DNA of 63,859 nucleotides, counting the filler, from Collodictyon triciliatum (taxonomy: Eukaryota), in the NCBI GenBank assembly GCA_043381765.1. It is 9 parts of 8 records of this genome, joined end to end, with 100 filler letters (N's around TTAATTAATTAA, not from the genome) between each part and the next. Parts side by side here need not be neighbours in the genome. Positions count along the whole stretch, not along the records: positions 41,661 to 50,545 come from JBHJMP010003243.1; positions 50,646 to 59,528 come from JBHJMP010003244.1; positions 59,629 to 62,154 come from JBHJMP010003306.1; 6 more parts are not named here. The stretch is one strand, 5' to 3'. Made by a program: the position numbers and the translations under genes. The notes beneath the pieces were generated by a model. It worked only from the letters and a program-made list of their open reading frames with translations, made no database searches and was not told where the DNA came from. Every line of letters begins with the position of its first letter. Positions within the stretch are counted from its first letter, which is position 1. Below are positions 44,722 to 61,984 of this stretch, piece after piece.

Positions 44722-49093
<4,372 letters not shown>

Positions 49094-49258
49094 GATGAGA
49101 TGGCAGAACAGGAGAACCACCCACCGGCGTCTTGAAGGTGGCAGCAAACAAAAATAATAAATTTGAAATATATCAGAGTGGGCTTTGCTGACCAGGCAAG
49201 GAGGGTGCCTCTGGGAAATATGTAACCAACGATACAAGCCCCCATCGCAGAATGCCCT

Positions 49259-50545
49259 ATTTCACTCTTTATTTGATTCAAAGTGTAGCGAGGTTATGCC
49301 ATACACAGGGGCGGGATGGGAGCGCATGGGAGAGAGCAAACGCGAGTAGGGGAAGACACTACCGTGGAGAGGGTAGCACTGGAAAGAAATCAGTGATAGC
49401 GAGTCGGTCAGGTGTGCGTCCCAACTGATTGATTGATTGCGTGGGTAGCAGGGGTTGGATGTGCTGTGGGAGATATCGAACAACACATTCCCACATCTCT
49501 CTTCGCTTGCGGTCAGAGTAGCGAAGAATGCGGGCGTGTTTCAGCAGGCTGTTCAGAAAGCTGTATTGCACGAGGCTACCAAGCCTGGATACATTGATTT
49601 CTCGTTCGGGTGAATCATTAGAGTGAGAGAATGCACACACACTCCATAAGGAACACAGCATATGTCCCCTTGTGACTGTCCAGAGTATTCTAGAGTCGTG
49701 GGTCATTTTTTATTGTGCGCCAAACAGGATGTCGGATGCGTTGAGTCGGTTGGGAGCATAATCAAGCTCAGAGAGCATCTTGTGGGTAGACCCTGTCACT
49801 TTTTGAGCAAGAGAGCACTTCACAAATGTGTGTTCGATAGAGTCATCTCCACTATGGCACATGGTGCATTCTGGGGAGGTCGTTGCTGCGTGAACACACG
49901 CGCACCTATCCACAGCTCTGTGTTGGATATATAATGAGCAGCAGGGTGCGGTTATTGTGGACCGAAAATGATGTCAAGATACTTGAGTGGGTGTGACGGT
50001 GGCTTCTACACAATGTTTCCTGGAAACATAAGTCCATCCTGAAACCCGAAAAGAATTCCATCTTTCGTGTGGTAGTTACAACCAGAAATCGCGTTGGAGC
50101 TGATTCACCTCGGGTAGAATAGTCTGCGTGTGAGAACACTTTCACTCCTTTCTATTTTCTTTTTCTTTTTCTTATTCTTATTCTTTCCACCCAAAACACA
50201 AAATCTCCAACCACACAATCCGGGGTTTTCCACTGTCTTGTCCACAGCTCATTTCCTGTCCTAGAGGCGAAGGCGGTTTCCTCGGCTTTGTTTTCTCTCA
50301 ATAAACTGTTGAAAAGAAACCAAAAAAAAATCATCTTTCTTGTGGTAGTTGATTTTCCCGCCAACAGCTCGTGTGTATTCTTGCATGCATTTGTTGGCGA
50401 GTGTGGCACCTTTAGGAGACCGCAAGATGAATGCTGTGTCGCCTGCATATTGAAGTAGCAGTTGGTTGCGCACCTTGTTTTCGTTTCGGAAGTGGTTTGC
50501 AAGGCAGTCAGCGACAAAGTTGAAGAGCAGTGGTGCAAGTGGGCA
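49259..50545 (-). mobile_element. Degenerate L1/Tx1-type non-LTR retrotransposon (family A): RT C-terminal part, zf-RVT and 3' UTR; 5' part cut by the scaffold end
   Basis: LLQYAGDTAFIL...VGGKINYHK (YADD motif decayed to YAGD); zinc finger CTMCHSGDDSIEHTFVKC; ORF2 stop at 49359; 3' end ...CACTTTGAATCAAATAAAGAGTGAAA. Confidence 0.85.
50078..50331 (+). mobile_element. 5'-truncated family B retroposon nested antisense in the family A LINE
   Basis: Matches 25924-26127 (reverse complement); AATAAA at 50300 and A-rich tail; 19-bp TSD catctttcgtgtggtagtt (50059-50077) / catctttcttgtggtagtt (50332-50350). Confidence 0.85.
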
Positions 50546-51641
50546 NNNNNNNNNNNNNNNNNNNNNNNNNNNNNNNNNNNNNNNNNNNNTTAATTAATTA
50601 ANNNNNNNNNNNNNNNNNNNNNNNNNNNNNNNNNNNNNNNNNNNNTTCGTTAATCGCCGCAAAGTCTTTCGTTTGACGGAGAAGGACAGCGGTTTTGACA
50701 GCATTTGCAAGAGATATCTGCCAGTCTCCACAATGACATTCATATTATCCAAACCAGGCTGAGTGCCTCTTGAGTGGCGTGAAAGTGATTCGGCACAGTA
50801 TACGCACACACAGATAGCCCAATTGGTATCCCATCATGATGAGGAGCTATATTGAAAAAAAATATATAAACGCGTGTCTTTGGGCAATTGATTGTTCGTG
50901 ATAAACCCTGGTGAGCTTGGCTTTGGACATCGGCTGCAAGCCCCTTTTTCTGCGATGATAAAAATATTTTCTTTCAGTTTGGCTTATTGAGTGAGGGATT
51001 TTGTTCTTTTTGTGAGAAATTCTTTTATGCAACGAGTTTTTCTTACTGCGTTTGATAAACAAGAAAGTGATGGAGTTCTTGGTTGTGGAGTATCCACCGA
51101 GGGATTCATTCCGCTTTGCCCAGAGGCGAAGAGAAAGCCCTTTGCTGCGGTCGCTTGGCTAAGAATAATATGCGACTTTGTTATGCGCAAAAGTACTTTG
51201 GTCAAAAGAGAACTTATGCAAGTATTGGGATGATACAATGCCTTTAAGGGCCTTTCGCTTTGGGGGCAGATTCCGTGTGGATGATGTCCTTCGTAGAGCG
51301 TCTCTTTTGGGAGTCAACCATTACTTTGGCTGAGACGGTGTTTTTTATTTTGAGAAAAGGCCGCTCACCCAACAAAAAGCACATCTTTAAAATCAATAAG
51401 GAGTTCTATTGTGCGGTGGTTTATACTCACGCCAAAACAATTCCAAAAATACAACAAAACAATACAACAAAATAATTGGAAAAGGAAAACAAAAGGTAAA
51501 TGCTCAATAGAATTTCCTTTCTTAAAAATAACGCTAGATAAACTGAAAGCGAAAGGATTATGCTTGCAGCGCGCCTTCCTTGATTTGCGTGCGAAAAAAA
51601 AGTATGAACCTTTCCCAAGCACAGAATAGAAGACAAAGGTC

Positions 51642-53933
51642 ATGTCCGCAGGCTATTGCTGTAAGTGAAAATATCTTCGTGTCTCTTCATCTATACCTTC
51701 AATTTTTCTCTTCTTTCATTTCTCTCTAGCTTATTGATCGTCATTCCCATATCTTGCTAAAACGTCGATTCCAGGAAAAAGTGGCCATCAAGAGACCAAA
51801 AACAATCAGGGTGTCTGCAGAGAATGCTTCTTCCATTTGGTTGGGACAGATACACCAAACGACTGTCACCAACAGGTCTTGGAATTGAGAAAAGCGCGAC
51901 TATTCTTGTTCAGTTTATTGTTTTTTGCATCATTCCTACATTATAAGATACAATATAAATCACCAAGAATCATCGAACTTTTCAAATGTTGCTTATTCGA
52001 CAGAGGCGACAAAGCAGCGATTGCAGCGTCGAGTGGGAAAGGTAGTAGAATCACGCAAAATACCATATATGGCTCTCTTGTAGCACATTTATTTAATCGA
52101 TTTGTTCTCTTTGTGATATAATTAAATCAGATTATATGGAATCGTTGGAATTATTTGATATTACAATACAATTTTCTTAATCATTATTATATTTTTCATA
52201 TATTTAATGCTGGATTATATTGATAACTGTTTCGCTAACCATTCTTGCATTATCCTCTTGTAGACTCCAAAGTGTCGACCCATGTAATGACTCCGCTGGA
52301 TAAAACACAAGACTACAGCTTGAATTTGTTATTCTGTATATTGACGAATGAATTGCAGTAATCATATTTTATTTTATTTTATTTATATTTAATTTCTTGT
52401 TATCCATTTTGATAAAGTGTGTATATTTTCTTTTTTAAAAAAACAGTCATTATTTAAATCTTCCAATATTTGAGTATGTACCGTGATGATTACCCGGAGG
52501 TTCTCTCATTTTTTCTTGTTAAAATACCCAAACACCTTTGTTTACTCAACCTATATAACATTAATGACAAAAAAAAATGCTACAGATGTTTGCATCGTAT
52601 GCTTTTGAGTATGATCTATTTTATTTTTTTCTTAAAATTATAACGCAGACCGTGAAGCACAACGAGCAACAATATGAAACCCCGTTGAACGTCTCATAGA
52701 ATGAGCTTTATGGATGGATGATGGACAGAACAAGAAGACAATCAGACAAAGGAGTAATTGTAATTCATCTACTTATCCATAAAAAAAAATTATTCTTGTC
52801 GCATTCAGCTCAGACATGCTCTTTTTTATCTTCTAGAAGAAAAAAAGACAACTAATCCCCCATAATATCTCACCCTCTCTCATTTCAAATTACAGGCCTT
52901 TATTTGCGGAGACTTTTGCAGACAGGCAGTCAACCATGGTGCAGGACTTCTACGCACTGACAAAATCGTTACCGAACACGGTGCAGACGAAATGATAGAC
53001 TGGTCTGATGAATATTATGTCCATCGATTTATATAAACATTCTCCCAAAAATTATGAAGTGCATCATTCATGTATTCGATTCAGCAATCATGCTATTTGA
53101 GTTTGTTGTAGGAGATTTCAACTATTTTCGTATTTCTCTTCTCATTTGTTTTACGTGGAGATATCGCTCGAATTCAACGCTGCTCAAGTATTACCTCAGG
53201 AAGCAAATTTTTTAGTTTGGCACGATATATCACTATTATATTATAATAGGTAAGCCTGCCTATATTTGGCACAAACAATCACAAGAAAACTCACACATAT
53301 ATTAATCTGTACACTTTATTACAAATACATTCCAATTTTTTTGATTACTTCAGGCTCATTCCTATGACACAAACCTCTCAAGTTTTGCTACGAGAAAGAG
53401 ATTGGGATGTGAACTTTCCTCTCTTTAAATCCTCGGCAATCATAAATAGTAAATACTCAAACCGTAACTTCTTTCCTTTAAGGTATGCACCGAATGCCTA
53501 TGACAGGTTTTGTCGAGATTATCACAGATATTTGGAGTGTATTTGGCCGAGTGAAATTGTAGGTTTTTTTCATCTAAATGTATTCGCTGTACTAATAGCA
53601 TTAAAAATAAATATGAAAAGTAGATATTTAGTGTATTCTCTTTACTACCATACAAATCAGTGGCCTTTTTTTATCAAAAACCCATGTAATGTTAAATTTG
53701 TACTATTGATTTAGTTCATGCGGATACACTGAGCATGTGTCTGGACTTTCTCAATAGACATCATCCAATCGGCCGAAGCGATGACTTTTGATCAGTAGGA
53801 CAAAACTCTTGTGCGAAATGTGTGTTCACGATGCGGATACATCAGCAGCCAAAAAGTCTGCAAAGCGTGCTTTCTGCTCGATAGTTTTATCACGGGCTTC
53901 CAAAACTCACGGTTGGAAAGGCGAAGAAATGGG
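51642..53933 (+). pseudogene. CTU1: Cytoplasmic tRNA 2-thiolation protein 1 (CTU1/NCS6) pseudogene retaining introns
   Basis: Recognisable motifs KRPK..VCRECFF, LFDRGDKAAIAASSGK-DS (PP-loop SGGKDS altered), IDE*IA, YRDD, S*NELYGW, LRGDIARIQRC, KPLKFCYEKEI, YAPNAY and CSRCGYISSQKVCKAC, with several frameshifts and in-frame stops. Confidence 0.88.
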
Positions 53934-56514
53934 TTTGTCTTTCCTTTTTTCTTTTGCTGCAGTTAAGTGGCACTTTCATTTCTTCGCTTTTACTGTCATT
54001 TTTTTTTCAAATCAAATTGCTTCAACACCAAATACTATCAGCAGTATTCTGTGCAAAATATTTCTCTTTTTCCGAGTCGCAATGATTGACACATCTGTCG
54101 TTTTGTTAATTACATAAGGAGCAGTCATTTACCGAGCACAGTGTAGAGTCATCAATGAAGAAGGCTCGATGCCCAACACAAGATAAACATCCATTTTTAG
54201 AATGTATATTAGAGCTTTTAAAATAACCGGTATCAAACGAATAAATACTTTTTCGAATAATTTCGATTCTATTATTCTTGAACTTTAATATTTTCTCACA
54301 AGAGCATATGATTACTTTTTTATCTGCTTGGCTAATATATACAAGTGATGCTTTGAGTTTATGGACCGATTTATAGACGCTGCAATATTCGGCCGCAGCG
54401 ATGAGCAACCGTTTCAAAAAGAAGCACAACATAATCTTAGCAACTGGAAACATGCATCGCATATCCGCATTCAGTCGACGTCATAAGCTGCGGAAGGTGG
54501 CGAGAAATAGGCACTTGTGCGTCGGGTATTGCGCTCCGAGACAAGAAGAAAGAAAAAAGCAATAAAATACTTATCTTGCATGAAGAGTGAAAGAAAACAG
54601 AAAAATTATATTCTCTTACATATCGATGATGAAAGATGTGCAGCAGATTGAATATTGGACGACATACTTTTCTCACTTTCATGGCAAAGAGAACCTTTGC
54701 AAGATGCACCGTGGCCATGCAAACAACATGCGTATGATGCTGGGAAATATCATCTAATCCAGTGCTTGGAAAAAATCGAATTAGCACGATTGAATTAAAG
54801 AGGTGTCTTGGATGATATAATTGCCGAGCATCTGACAAAACAGTTGGGCACTTGGAGATGAATAAATATCGACAGTTCAAGTAAGCCTCCCATTCTGATA
54901 GTTATATATTGATAGACAACTGCAGAATTACTTTTTAGAGGGTTCTGACGGCGATGGCGTTGTGTGGGTCGGGCATGTATCCACACTCGGCGTGTATGTC
55001 ACCATTGTTTGAACAAGAAAGACGATTTCATTCTTTTCCTGGTCGCTTTTTAAGTCATTTACACACAAAGTACCCAAATAATGGCTTCAAAGTTCTGTTT
55101 TTCTGGTCCAAAAAATCTATTACTCTTTATGTGCTTTATTTAAAGGTAGGATGTATATAGTCTTCGTACATGAAGGAATAATCAAAAGAGTTCCATTATA
55201 TACAAAGGCATTCGATGGTGTCCCTTTCATTCGGCTGAAAGACGGAAAATGCGCTGCAGATGGTGCGGTGGACATTTGCTACAATGCAAATTGTTTCTCC
55301 ACCAGTCAGTCGCGAGACCAACTGGGTAGGAATGCCTTTTTGGGTGATTTCTTTGTTGTACTGTCCATCACCTTCGCTAAATATGAATAAATAGGCATCG
55401 TTTTTATAATTGTTAGCTTTCAAAACCCTACCCCACCAACTTACATTGACCCTAAACCTTACATATAGAAAGAGAATATAAACCTTACAGCTTTATTATT
55501 TAGCAGCAGTATAGATAAAAGAAAATTATCTATGCTGCATAGAAACGAATATCATGCATCCGATATTGTAGGGCACTGGATTTCAAGAGACAGCTCATGG
55601 TTTACATCACTTTTTGTGTTGTAGTCTAATTGTGTTTGATAATCAACAGAGGATTTTCTCAAGGATTACTCATGTCAGCAAGAAAAAATGAATCAGGCAT
55701 TATGACCATGTTTGTTTCTTTTTCAAGTTCAGATTGTCTGCCTTTTTTCTTTTTGTTAAATTTGCCTAATTACTTGGATGATGATATCATTTTCATTCGT
55801 GCATGCAACAATCATGATTGGTAGTCTATTCATTGAGAAAACTAAACCGCTGCAGCATTTCCTATTTCTCCACTGGAAACAATAAGGTCAACTCGCTGAA
55901 GCTTTTCCCACTTAATTACAGTATCTTTATTGAATGCACAAAATATAATTCTGATCATATATTATCTACACCTATTTGGTTCTTTTGTGGATGTTTATAT
56001 CTCTTAAAAAATTATATGATTTTTCCTTTCGGGATTCTACCATTCTATCTCGCTTTATATTCCAGTGTTTTTTGATATTTTTCATGAACCGAAAAAAATA
56101 TAAAAGAAACAGGTGTTCCACGACTCGAATTTGTTTAGAATCTAGCAACAGACAACAAAAAAAACCAGAATAGTAACGATGTTATTATCAAGTAAGTAAA
56201 CGGACGAACTAATTGATGGGTTTTCAAAATATTCGAAAGAAGCTGACTTTGCAGTAAGGACAAGCGTAATTGACAAACTGACTCATTTCTCTATCACAGT
56301 TGAATATGCTGATTGTGCACAAAGAATAATATCGTTTGAATTTTTTTTGTTCGTTGTTCATCCTGTGTGTGCCAGAAAAGAAACCATGATGTAGTTCATC
56401 ATCATTTTTTTGTGCATCATATATACTTCATTGCACATTGCGATATGTGCTTTCGCGAGAAATAAAATATCTTAAGGCAAGAGATTTTGAAAATCCGAAT
56501 CAAAAAATATACTT

Positions 56515-56577
56515 TATTCCCCTTTATTCGATTCAAAGTGCAGCGAGGTTGTGCCATACAAAGGGGCGAGGTAGATG
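56515..56577 (-). mobile_element. Micro-insertion of the LINE family A 3' terminus (63 nt)
   Basis: ctttattcgattcaaagtgcagcgaggttgtgccatacaaaggggcg closely matches 49267-49313; 19-bp TSD cgaatcaaaaaatatactt (56496-56514) / cgaatcaaaaaatagactt (56578-56596). Confidence 0.85.
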
Positions 56578-57288
56578 CGAATCAAAAAATAGACTTAAAA
56601 AACGAAAACAATTGAAATTATTAATAAAACCTAGAACTGCTTACCAAATACTCATCAAAATGTCGAATTCGTCACTGACGAGTGCCTCACTGACAGAAAC
56701 AAGAAAATTGTGCCCAACCAGTCTGTGAGTATGAAAATGTAAAATAGTTGAATACAATGGAGAATGAAAATGATACACAAGTATTTGTTTAAACCTATAT
56801 GGGAATGAATCACAAGAGTGACATAAGCAGCGTAATTCTCAATCAAAATAATTGTACCTTGTCATCTGGAACTCTTTTTGTAGACCAATGTGATTATTTT
56901 CAGGAAAAAGAACGAAGCATTCAACTCTGCTTCTTCCATTAAACCTACTCATAGCAGCGCCGCCTGATTATATTTGGGTATATTGCATGGAATTAGCAGG
57001 AATCCATCCATAAAACTACAGACTACAAAAAGCGCACTCATATTTCCTATTCAACCAAGCAAACTTCATATATCTCCAGAGGCTGCAGTCACTATGGTCA
57101 CAGTCTTTCGAGTTGTTATGTAGAAAATATTCCTATTCTCCCAAGAAACTGCATCGACAAATTCTTTAATTGATGGAGTTCATAACCTACACAGATTAAC
57201 AAGACTACTTGATAATATCAATATTAGATATTATTGAGGTATGTTTTCTTTGGTTGAATCTTCAAGTTACATTACTGAAGACCTTGAG

Positions 57289-58460
57289 TTCCCGCACCTG
57301 ATGGAAAAACGAGCTTCCCGCACCTGATGGAAAAACGAGCCTAGACGGGGAGATCGGCGCAAGCCGCGACCCCGAGTGGCACGTAAGTCTAGGAAGACCC
57401 GTGCAAAGAAGCCGCCTACAAGTCTGTCTGACCGAACTTTTTTTTTGCACGAGGTCGAGCAAGTCGCCTACAACAAGAACAAGGCCCGCAGGCTAACAGA
57501 TGCGCTCGCCTCCTTCTTGAAAGCGAACAAACTTTAGGAAGAGCCCATCCAACTGCACTTACCGGATAGCGAAGGCCTTTGCCTGATTGCCTTCCGCACT
57601 GCAGAAAACGCCCGAAAGCTTGTGGGGCTGAAGCAGGTAAGTCTGAGCGACATTCGATTAGCTTCGCTAGAAGTAAACCAACAGAGACCTTGGTGATGCT
57701 CTACCAACTATCGCTGGACGTATGGCCGCAAATCCTTCGTGAGGAGCTGCAGCCGTTCAGACCGACCCACGTGGATATCAAAAAGGACAAAGGCTTCTTC
57801 ACAGACACGGCCTTGGTGAAATTTCTTTGCCACAAGAACCAGCTCCTTACAAAGTTTACGGTCATGGGCAAAAAGTGTCCAAAGCGCATCCTCAAAGAGC
57901 GTCCACCAGCTGCAATAACGAACGACAAGTAAAAGCCCCGCAAAAGAATACACCTACCAAGCAGACAAGCAGCAACGGAGTCAAGGAAGTCAAGGCCAGG
58001 CAACAACTGAGTCCACAAGACTCACAGCAGATACGCGCATACAGCGACAGCGACGATGACATGAAAGGAAATCTCGGTTCCTCTTCAGAATCTTCGCATT
58101 TGAGCCCTCTACCACGAAGACTTGACAAGCTCGGACAAGCTCGTGCATAGCAAGACCGAACAACATCTTTGTTGGGTCATATGCTAGTCCAAATAAAACT
58201 AGAAATCACGCAAGAACTCGCCATCGGAGCAGAATCGTTTACATGAGGCAATAGTTACTCTCATTTTATATCTTATCACCCATTTAATCCCTTTTCTTAT
58301 CATCCTCATTCTTTCATCTCTTCCATATTAATATTATAAAAAAGTAACAACACCATCTGTAATTTTTTTTATTATATCTTCTACAGCTCGCATCTTCCCT
58401 CAGGGGTCAATAGACTAGGTTTTTTTTTGTCTCTCAATAAACAGTGGAAAACAAAAACAG
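57289..58460 (+). mobile_element. Degenerate non-LTR retroelement, family B copy 2: ORF1 fragment plus diverged 3' end
   Basis: 57370-58110 is closely similar to the reverse complement of ~26790-27535; 58150-58250 is a diverged match to 26070-26170; tctctcaataaacagtggaaaa (~58429-58450) matches the family B tail at 50294-50315; 26-bp tandem duplication at the left edge. Confidence 0.75.
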
Positions 58461-59408
58461 AATGAAGTCCATCGTGTGCTTATATTCGTGCTTTTGTTGA
58501 TTTTTTTAACAGTCATCGCAGTAGAATCCTCTCATTTAATGATACACTAAATCTACATCGCAAATGAGCGACGGCTTTTGTATGTTATTCACTAGGAATC
58601 CTGAGGGTGATTGCTTCTCCCGACACTCCAGCTACACTATTGCAGAAAGCACCTTAATGCAAGCCAAGTCGAGGAAGCACTGACAAATTCTCACGGCTTG
58701 TGTGGCCATCGATTCGCACAAATATTTATTCCTGTAACTTTGGTTCTCACGCCTTGTCAATTTTGAATAAGACCAAATTGGTTGGCTCCATTCAAAATCT
58801 TGATGCATCTTATTGTAAAGTGGGTTTAACTTCATTTGGAAATCGCGGTCACACGCTATGTATCGTCTTCGTCGTATATCTCAGTGTCATAGGAGATTGA
58901 TTTCAAGATTCTGTTGTGTGAGAGTGACCATTTGGTGCCATCATTTTCCTTGATATTATTTTTTATTTTTACAATTTTTTTTGCTTTTATTTCATTTTTG
59001 ACAATTTTATTGCTTTGTTTTTCTCAATTTTTTTTGACTCTATCGACTGTTCTCGCTTCTTTTTTTTCATGCACTACTAGAAATGTGTTATTTAGTGCAT
59101 ACTTATTTTTATACAAATGTCTCATCTTACGCAGCTCTATTTGTTTCGTTCTCTAATATCCTTTGAAGTTTTTTTTTCTTGTTTGTGAATTAGAATGGTG
59201 TTTTTTGAATAAATGACTGTCATATTCATGCACGCTTTTTTTCTCCTTTATTTATAAATACACAACAAGTCAGGCGATCAAAATGAAGGCCAGATTTGTA
59301 AGAGACACAAAAGCCTGTGCACTGACATCTCCAAGGCTCAAGCTTTTCCTCGTGATGGTCTTCTTATATATCACACCTCCCTGTCTCTCTGGTAATCCAC
59401 ACTGGTTG

Positions 59409-59440
<32 letters not shown>

Positions 59441-59472
59441 CATTATTATCATTATTATTATTATTATTATTA

Positions 59473-59522
<50 letters not shown>

Positions 59523-59652
59523 TTTTTTNNNNNNNNNNNNNNNNNNNNNNNNNNNNNNNNNNNNNNNNNNNNTTAATTAATTAANNNNNNNNNNNNNNNN
59601 NNNNNNNNNNNNNNNNNNNNNNNNNNNNAAAAAAAAAAAAAGTACTTGGGAG

Positions 59653-59686
<34 letters not shown>

Positions 59687-60430
59687 AAGTGCAATAAGTC
59701 CTGGTAAAAGCCAGACCTCCACACACGCCACCAACCAGCGCCTTGTGTGGTGCGGTCCGCTAGATGCAGCAGAGGCCTCTCCGCCCTTCCCATGACGAGT
59801 TGTGACGCGACCGACCGTCACCGAAGCACACCAAGGGAAAAGCGCGCTGGTGGCCCTTCCTCGTTTGATTATCCACAAATGGAGTGGCTACAGAGGGACA
59901 AATCCAACGACATTTGACAGAACTTGACCATATTCGGCCAAATTCTGACCATCCCACAAAGATGGGATTGTTGGTTGCGCTTCGCCAGCACAGAGAGACG
60001 AGCCGGAATCCGTGCGGTGTTCCACACAAAGTGAGAGTCGCTTTGAGCGCAAATAGCTGCAGAGCGGCACAAAGCAACAAGCCGATTCCCTGGGCTGAGC
60101 GAATGGGTTGCGTGGCCTACTCAATCTATTAATTAATTAATTAATTAATTGCCAATTATTTCTTGTTGTTCTGGGTGCTTTGGTAGCGTGCTCCTACCTC
60201 CAAGCTCAAGTTTCATAGTGGTTTAAAAAAAACAACAAGAACAACAATTGAGTACTGCCAGGAGCATCTGTTCGGCTGCCACAATTCCTTGAGCTCGTTG
60301 CATTCTTTTTCTTTTTCCTTTTCTCGTTCTCTCTTCCTTTTCACATTCTCTCAGATGTTCACCTTGTTGTGCACATGATCTTTTATCTGATGGAATCCGA
60401 CAGGAAGGCTTCGCGAGAGAACAATCCCGC

Positions 60431-60590
60431 AGACAAACCCGGAGAAACCCAGAGAAACCCAGAGAAACCCAGAGAAACCCAGAGAAACCCAGAGAAACCC
60501 AGAGAAACCCAGAGAAACCCAGAGAAACCCAGAGAAACCCGGAGAAACCCGGAGAAACCCAGAGAAACCCAGAGAAACCCAGAGAAACCC
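60431..60590. repeat. 10-bp minisatellite (AGAGAAACCC)16, i.e. (GGGTTTCTCT)n on the minus strand
   Basis: Sixteen tandem units with a/g variants at position 1, ending 16 nt before the ATG at 60607. Confidence 0.95.
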
Positions 60591-60606
60591 AAACACGGTT
60601 GTTAGA

Positions 60607-61925
60607 ATGACCGGTCGGGCCAGTGGAAGTCGGCGAATAATGAATCCACACGGCAGTAAAATGTCCTCAGGAGTCACCGATTTACAGGTATTTTGTTGCC
60701 CTCTGCAGTCTGCAAACCCGAGATGTTTCAAAGCGTGCTGTGAAACACGGGTGGGTGATCAGTCAACTTGACCCGTGCTGCGTGTTTATCTTCTCGACAT
60801 ATTGTAGGACATGGCCTGGGACCAAGAAGAATACTACGACACCGACTCGCTCTTTGGCAGAGTCCGACAGGCGATGAAGCATTTCGAAGAGCAAGTTTTT
60901 GGCTTGCTTTACTTGATGACAAAGGATCGCAAAAAGATGTTCAACAACAGACTTTCGAACACTACGCTGCTTGTCGTGGATTTTCTTCGTAATCAACTCC
61001 CAATCTGTCACCTTTTGTTTTTCTTATTGCAAGAGCAAGATTACACGTTTAGTTTTGAGGATTTTACCCTGAAACAAGTCTATATGCTTCAGTGATTTTT
61101 TGGTGTTGTTTTTTTTTTTTCCTGCATTTTTTTTTATTGTATGCCACAAATTCTCTTTCCACGAACCTAAAACTTTGCAATCACCTAGTCTAACCAAATC
61201 CTCCTTTACATACGTAGAATTTATGTTCTTTGTGTTTTCTCCGGATTTTCCCTGGTACAAAGGCTTCAACATCATGCAGCGCCTTACAAGTCTGTTCCAA
61301 CTCTCCATCGACGAGTTGCCTGATCTGCTCTTTCTCCCCCTATACTTTTTAATATGCGGTTCTATCGTGACCATGATTGGCCTGTCCATCAACGTCGCTC
61401 ACGCATCGAAGGTAAATCATATGGAGCCATTCAGCTGATATCTATCACATATTTCTAAGTGTCTCTTTGTTCTCAATATTGCATACCGTTTCACAGAATC
61501 AAAATCAAAATGTGCAAATGATTGTTGCCCTTCGTTGGATGGTTTCCATATTAATCACTTTGGGTTACATACCATTTTTAAAGGTTTTACTCTTGCACTA
61601 CTCCAAATTTAGTCATAATCTTTTCCAGTTTTCTTTTTGTTTAATTTTTTTATTTTTTAAAAAATCATCTCTAATATCACTATCATTTCCACTATCATTA
61701 CCATTAACATTCTAAAATAACTATTACTATTACTATTTCTAAACTTATGGTGTAATAGGTTGTAATTGTCCCACTTGACTGTACGCATACGAGTGATGGA
61801 GTTGTAATGCGCATGTTTCCCTCTATGGAGTGCTTCACCAGTTTGCACACTGGACTCTTTATAATTTCCTTCGTTGTGTCCGTGTCATTTGTATGCTTCT
61901 CATTGTTGATGAGTTTGGTGTAAGC

Positions 61926-61984
<59 letters not shown>

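Noticed and set aside
50078-50150. Possible hammerhead ribozyme or 5S/tRNA-derived SINE head in the nested insert
   Set aside because: No CUGANGA/GAAA core and no A/B box; the homologue at 26127 continues upstream, so this is a truncation point rather than a defined head
54100-56450. Possible further decayed or spliced genes; also 38175-38915, 39770-40560, 50646-51630 and 59650-60120
   Set aside because: Coding-like patches exist, but no consistent frame or recognisable motif could be supported by eye
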